A DNA stretch of 64,000 nt. It comes from Eledone cirrhosa (lineage: Eukaryota). Both the position numbers and the translations under genes were made by a program. This document shows positions 59,431 through 64,000 of the stretch, in pieces; within the stretch, counting starts at the first letter, position 1, and each line of letters opens with the position of its first letter. The stretch is taken from contig OZ024743.1 of NCBI GenBank assembly GCA_964016885.1, positions 203,794,001 through 203,858,000 on the forward strand. Reading direction: 5' to 3'. The notes under the pieces are model-generated. The model was given only the letters and a program-made list of their open reading frames with translations, made no database searches and was not told the DNA's origin.

Positions 59431-60089
59431 CTAGAAACAGAGTTAAAGTTAGACTGAAATGCATGTGACTTAATTTGATTTCTAGTTTCATGTATGCATG
59501 ATCTGTGTTAGCATTAAGAAAAACACCAGAGAGACAAATGATCAACCAAATTATACAATTTGTAATATTTGCCGTGAGAAAAAGTACAGGTAGAAAATAT
59601 AATGCTTCAAGTATTCCCCACTGCAGACAACGTATTTCGAAACATCATTTAGATGTCATTAATTTAAGGTGGATTGGCAGTATCGGTAGAGGGTCGGACG
59701 CCATGCTTTCCAACATAGTTACGTCCCTTTACGATCTGAGTTCAAATCCCGCCGAGGTTGACTTTCATCCTTACGGGGTCGATAAAATAAAGTACCAGTA
59801 ATGCACTGGGTAATTTCTGGCCTTGTGCCTAAAGTAGAAACAATTAATTTAAGTACTAGCAGTGAATTGGCAGTATCGGTAGAGGGTCAGACGCCATGCT
59901 TTCCAGCATAGTTACGTCCCTTTACGGTCTGAGTTCAAATCCCGTCGAGGTTAACTTTGCCTTTCATCCTTACCAGGTCGATAAAATAAAGTACCAGTAA
60001 TGAACTGGGTAATTGCTGGCCTTGTGCCAAAAGTAGAAACAATTAATTTAAGTACTACCAACACGTTGAAGTCAATTTAATCTACTAAA

Positions 60090-60381
60090 CGTGTTTTCTA
60101 CCAAACTCACCAGCATTAACTTCCTAGACATTAATTTAGATCTAAGTACATGCACAAACAGACTATTCGATAAACCCAGTGAAAATCTTAAGTTCATTCA
60201 TAAGGACTCTAGTCACCCTGTCCCCACTACATCAGCAAGAGGATATCCAACCTCTCTTCTAGCAAAGCCATTTTTAATAGGACAGCCCTAAGCAACAGCG
60301 GCTTCTCTGAGAGAATCACTTACTCTCCAGATCACCACCTTATATCTAGCAAGGAAAAAAACTAGACATAAAGACATCATG

Positions 60382-60418
<37 letters not shown>

Positions 60419-60932
60419 CAAATAGTAGAAAGGAAAAAAAATGTTTCAGTAGAAAATGTTGAAGAGCTTTTTTCAGTGAAATATCAAAACATTAACTTAT
60501 TTACAATATCGGTTTCAGCATCATATGCATCGTTAAATGCGGGTATGCAGAATATTGTTAAGTTGCATATTTGTACAAATAGTGATAAAAATAATAGTAA
60601 AAATAAAAGGGGAAGAAAAATAAATGTTCATATACATGTTCATATACTGTCACAACCAAGCTACTAACAGAGATGGATGGACAGAGAAATGAACTCTCTT
60701 CTCTGAATGAACATGTATGTGAAAATAAATTTTCCTTCCCCTTTTATTTTTTATTATTATTTTTATCACTATTTGTACAAATATGCAACTTAACAATATT
60801 CTGCATATCCGCATTTGACAATGCATATGATGCTGAAACCGATATTGTAAATAAGTTAATGTTTTGATATTTCACTGAAAAAATCTCTTCAACATTTTCA
60901 ACTGAAAAAATCTTTTTCCTTTCTACTATTTG

Positions 60933-61006
<74 letters not shown>

Positions 61007-61098
61007 GATGGGTTTATGTCTAGGTTTTTTCTTGCTAGATATAAGGCGGTGATCTGGAGAGTAAGTGATTCTCTCAGAGAAGCCGCTGTTGCTTAGGG
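60090..61098. repeat. Penelope RT fragment followed by an ~810-bp compound palindrome (60286-61098)
   Basis: SINFLDINLDL..KP..L.FIH..SSHP. 60286-60640 is mirrored at ~60710-61098, including the internal (TA)n. Confidence 0.85.
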
Positions 61099-61202
61099 TT
61101 GAAATTTTGTCATTGAATAAATCTGCTACTGTGTGGAAATTTAGGAGTGGCTCTTCCTGCTGTTGTTTTTCTATATAATAAATGTATATATTATGTATAT
61201 AC

Positions 61203-61740
61203 ATCATCATCATCACTATTTAACGTCCATTATCCACGCTAGCATGAGTTAGGTGGGTTTTTCCATTAGAGGCAAGTCAGGTCAGGTGACTGTCTTACTC
61301 ATATAGACCTCTTTCTGGCTAGATTTCTATGGTTGGATGTCCTTCCTAACGCCAACCAGATTTACAGTATGTGCTGGATGCTTTGTTGGGACATGGGAGA
61401 TGTATGGAAGGAGGTATAGTGGTTAATATTGTATGTATTACTGCATAATGCCAACATTTTGATCCTGTATCATTGTCTTTGATGTCAGCTTTTATCACCT
61501 CATACCAGGTCTTCCTAGGTCTTCCTACTTCATAGCTTCTATCAACTTTGATTAACCTGCACATTCTTTTACAGATGTCACCCTTCATATGCATTACATC
61601 ACCATACCAACACAATCTATTCCCTAGCATATTGCATCTGATCCCTCTTAAGCCTAATTTCTCTCTCAGTTCATTTACGTTTTCCCGTTCGTGTTTATTA
61701 CTATCACATATCCATCAAAGCATGCAAGCATCATGTTAGG
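61203..61740 (-). mobile_element. RTE LINE 3'-end fragment
   Basis: RLCWYGDV..GRPRKTW.EVIKAD and a gttaaatagtgatgatgatg tail. Confidence 0.8.
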
Positions 61741-61870
61741 GATTGACTAAAATGCAACTTCCATGGTCCACCAACAAACAGATTTTAGCTTTGTTGCCAT
61801 GAACACACCTCTGCTACTCAAATACATTGAACAGCTTTCATTAATAAGTGGAGATAAGCTATATATATAA

Positions 61871-62919
<1,049 letters not shown>

Positions 62920-63000
62920 TACATATATGTATTGAGTTTTAACATAAGACTTCAAAATTTATAACGTAATGACAAGTGATTAAGTGATTATTCAAATTAC

Positions 63001-63136
63001 TGGCATAAAATATTGTGTTCCTCTTTTGTCGAGTCTGCCTTCTTTGGCTGAATTAAACCAGCTGTACAACTTTGAAATTCCTCTAATGCTTTCATTACAC
63101 AACCATTGGTCAATGGAAACCACCAGGAAATAGTAA
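63001..63136 (-). CDS. Gene B coding exon 2 (TISWWFPLTNGCVMK...NILC); exon 1 not identified in the window
   Basis: Acceptor cttttatttcag, donor gtaatt, 136 nt. Cys spacing is identical to gene A exon 2. Confidence 0.86.
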
Positions 63137-63407
63137 CTGAAATAAAAGATGGATAAATGATTAAGTATGTATTAATGTTCATATACATGTATATGAGTGT
63201 TTGTGTATGCGTGTATTTGTCCATGTGCATATATTTGTGTGTGTAAATGGTTCTGGGGTCTAATTACATTTTGTGCATTTTTCTACAAGTGTCTTCTACT
63301 GTATCTTTTGGTTGACCAATAACTTGTGAGTATAATTATGTAAACAGAGCAGTATGGAATTCAGCCATATGTATGTTTATATATATATGTGTGTATGTGT
63401 ATGTGTG

Positions 63408-63438
<31 letters not shown>

Positions 63439-63658
63439 ATAAAGGAACGATCGACTTTCGTCAAATCGGACCGAGGGAACAATGTTTTCGTTGGTCTTTC
63501 CAATTGCTAATACTATCTATCGGTCGCAACTCCAGGTAGTAGGAGCAATGTGAAATAAAGCGTCTTGCTCAAGGACATAACGCATCGCCTGGTACAGGAA
63601 TCGAACTCACAACCTTACGATTGCGAATCCAATTCTCTAACCACTCAGCCACATGTGT

Positions 63659-63877
<219 letters not shown>

Positions 63878-64000
63878 GTGAAGGAGTGAAGAATAACATG
63901 GTCGGCTGTACAAAAAGGGTTTTATTTACAGTATTAACAATTGTTTCATTGATCAGTTGAGTCTAAAGGACGCTAATCACTCGAAGCTGCATCTATCGAC

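Noticed and set aside
60454-60492. TTGAAGA..GAAA hammerhead-like string in the palindrome
   Set aside because: Stem II/III and the cleavage triplet do not fit convincingly.

Overview
AT-rich, microsatellite- and transposon-dense animal genomic DNA. The repeat landscape looks cephalopod/octopus-like, which is an inference. The ORF track misses two tandem, minus-strand, paralogous intron-containing host genes that I assembled by hand from GT-AG sites and phases. Gene A has 5 coding exons (32680->7602, 291 aa). Gene B has coding exons 2-5 here (63136->50606); I did not find its exon 1, which probably lies beyond the window. Both encode signal-peptide, 10-Cys proteins with a hydrophobic C-terminus (probably GPI-anchored). 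They share only about 17-18% aa identity in the equal-length exons, yet keep the same exon phases and recognisable intronic sequence. The rest is a head-to-tail train of three Tx1/L1-type LINEs separated by (ATT)n, many Penelope-like elements (several forming kb-scale fold-back palindromes), RTE LINEs, a hAT remnant, a piggyBac-type MITE with an empty-site paralog, Helitron-like elements and two tRNA-SINE families. There are also more than a dozen type I hammerhead-ribozyme motifs, including U3-A8 compensated and U4C core variants and very long stem II insertions.
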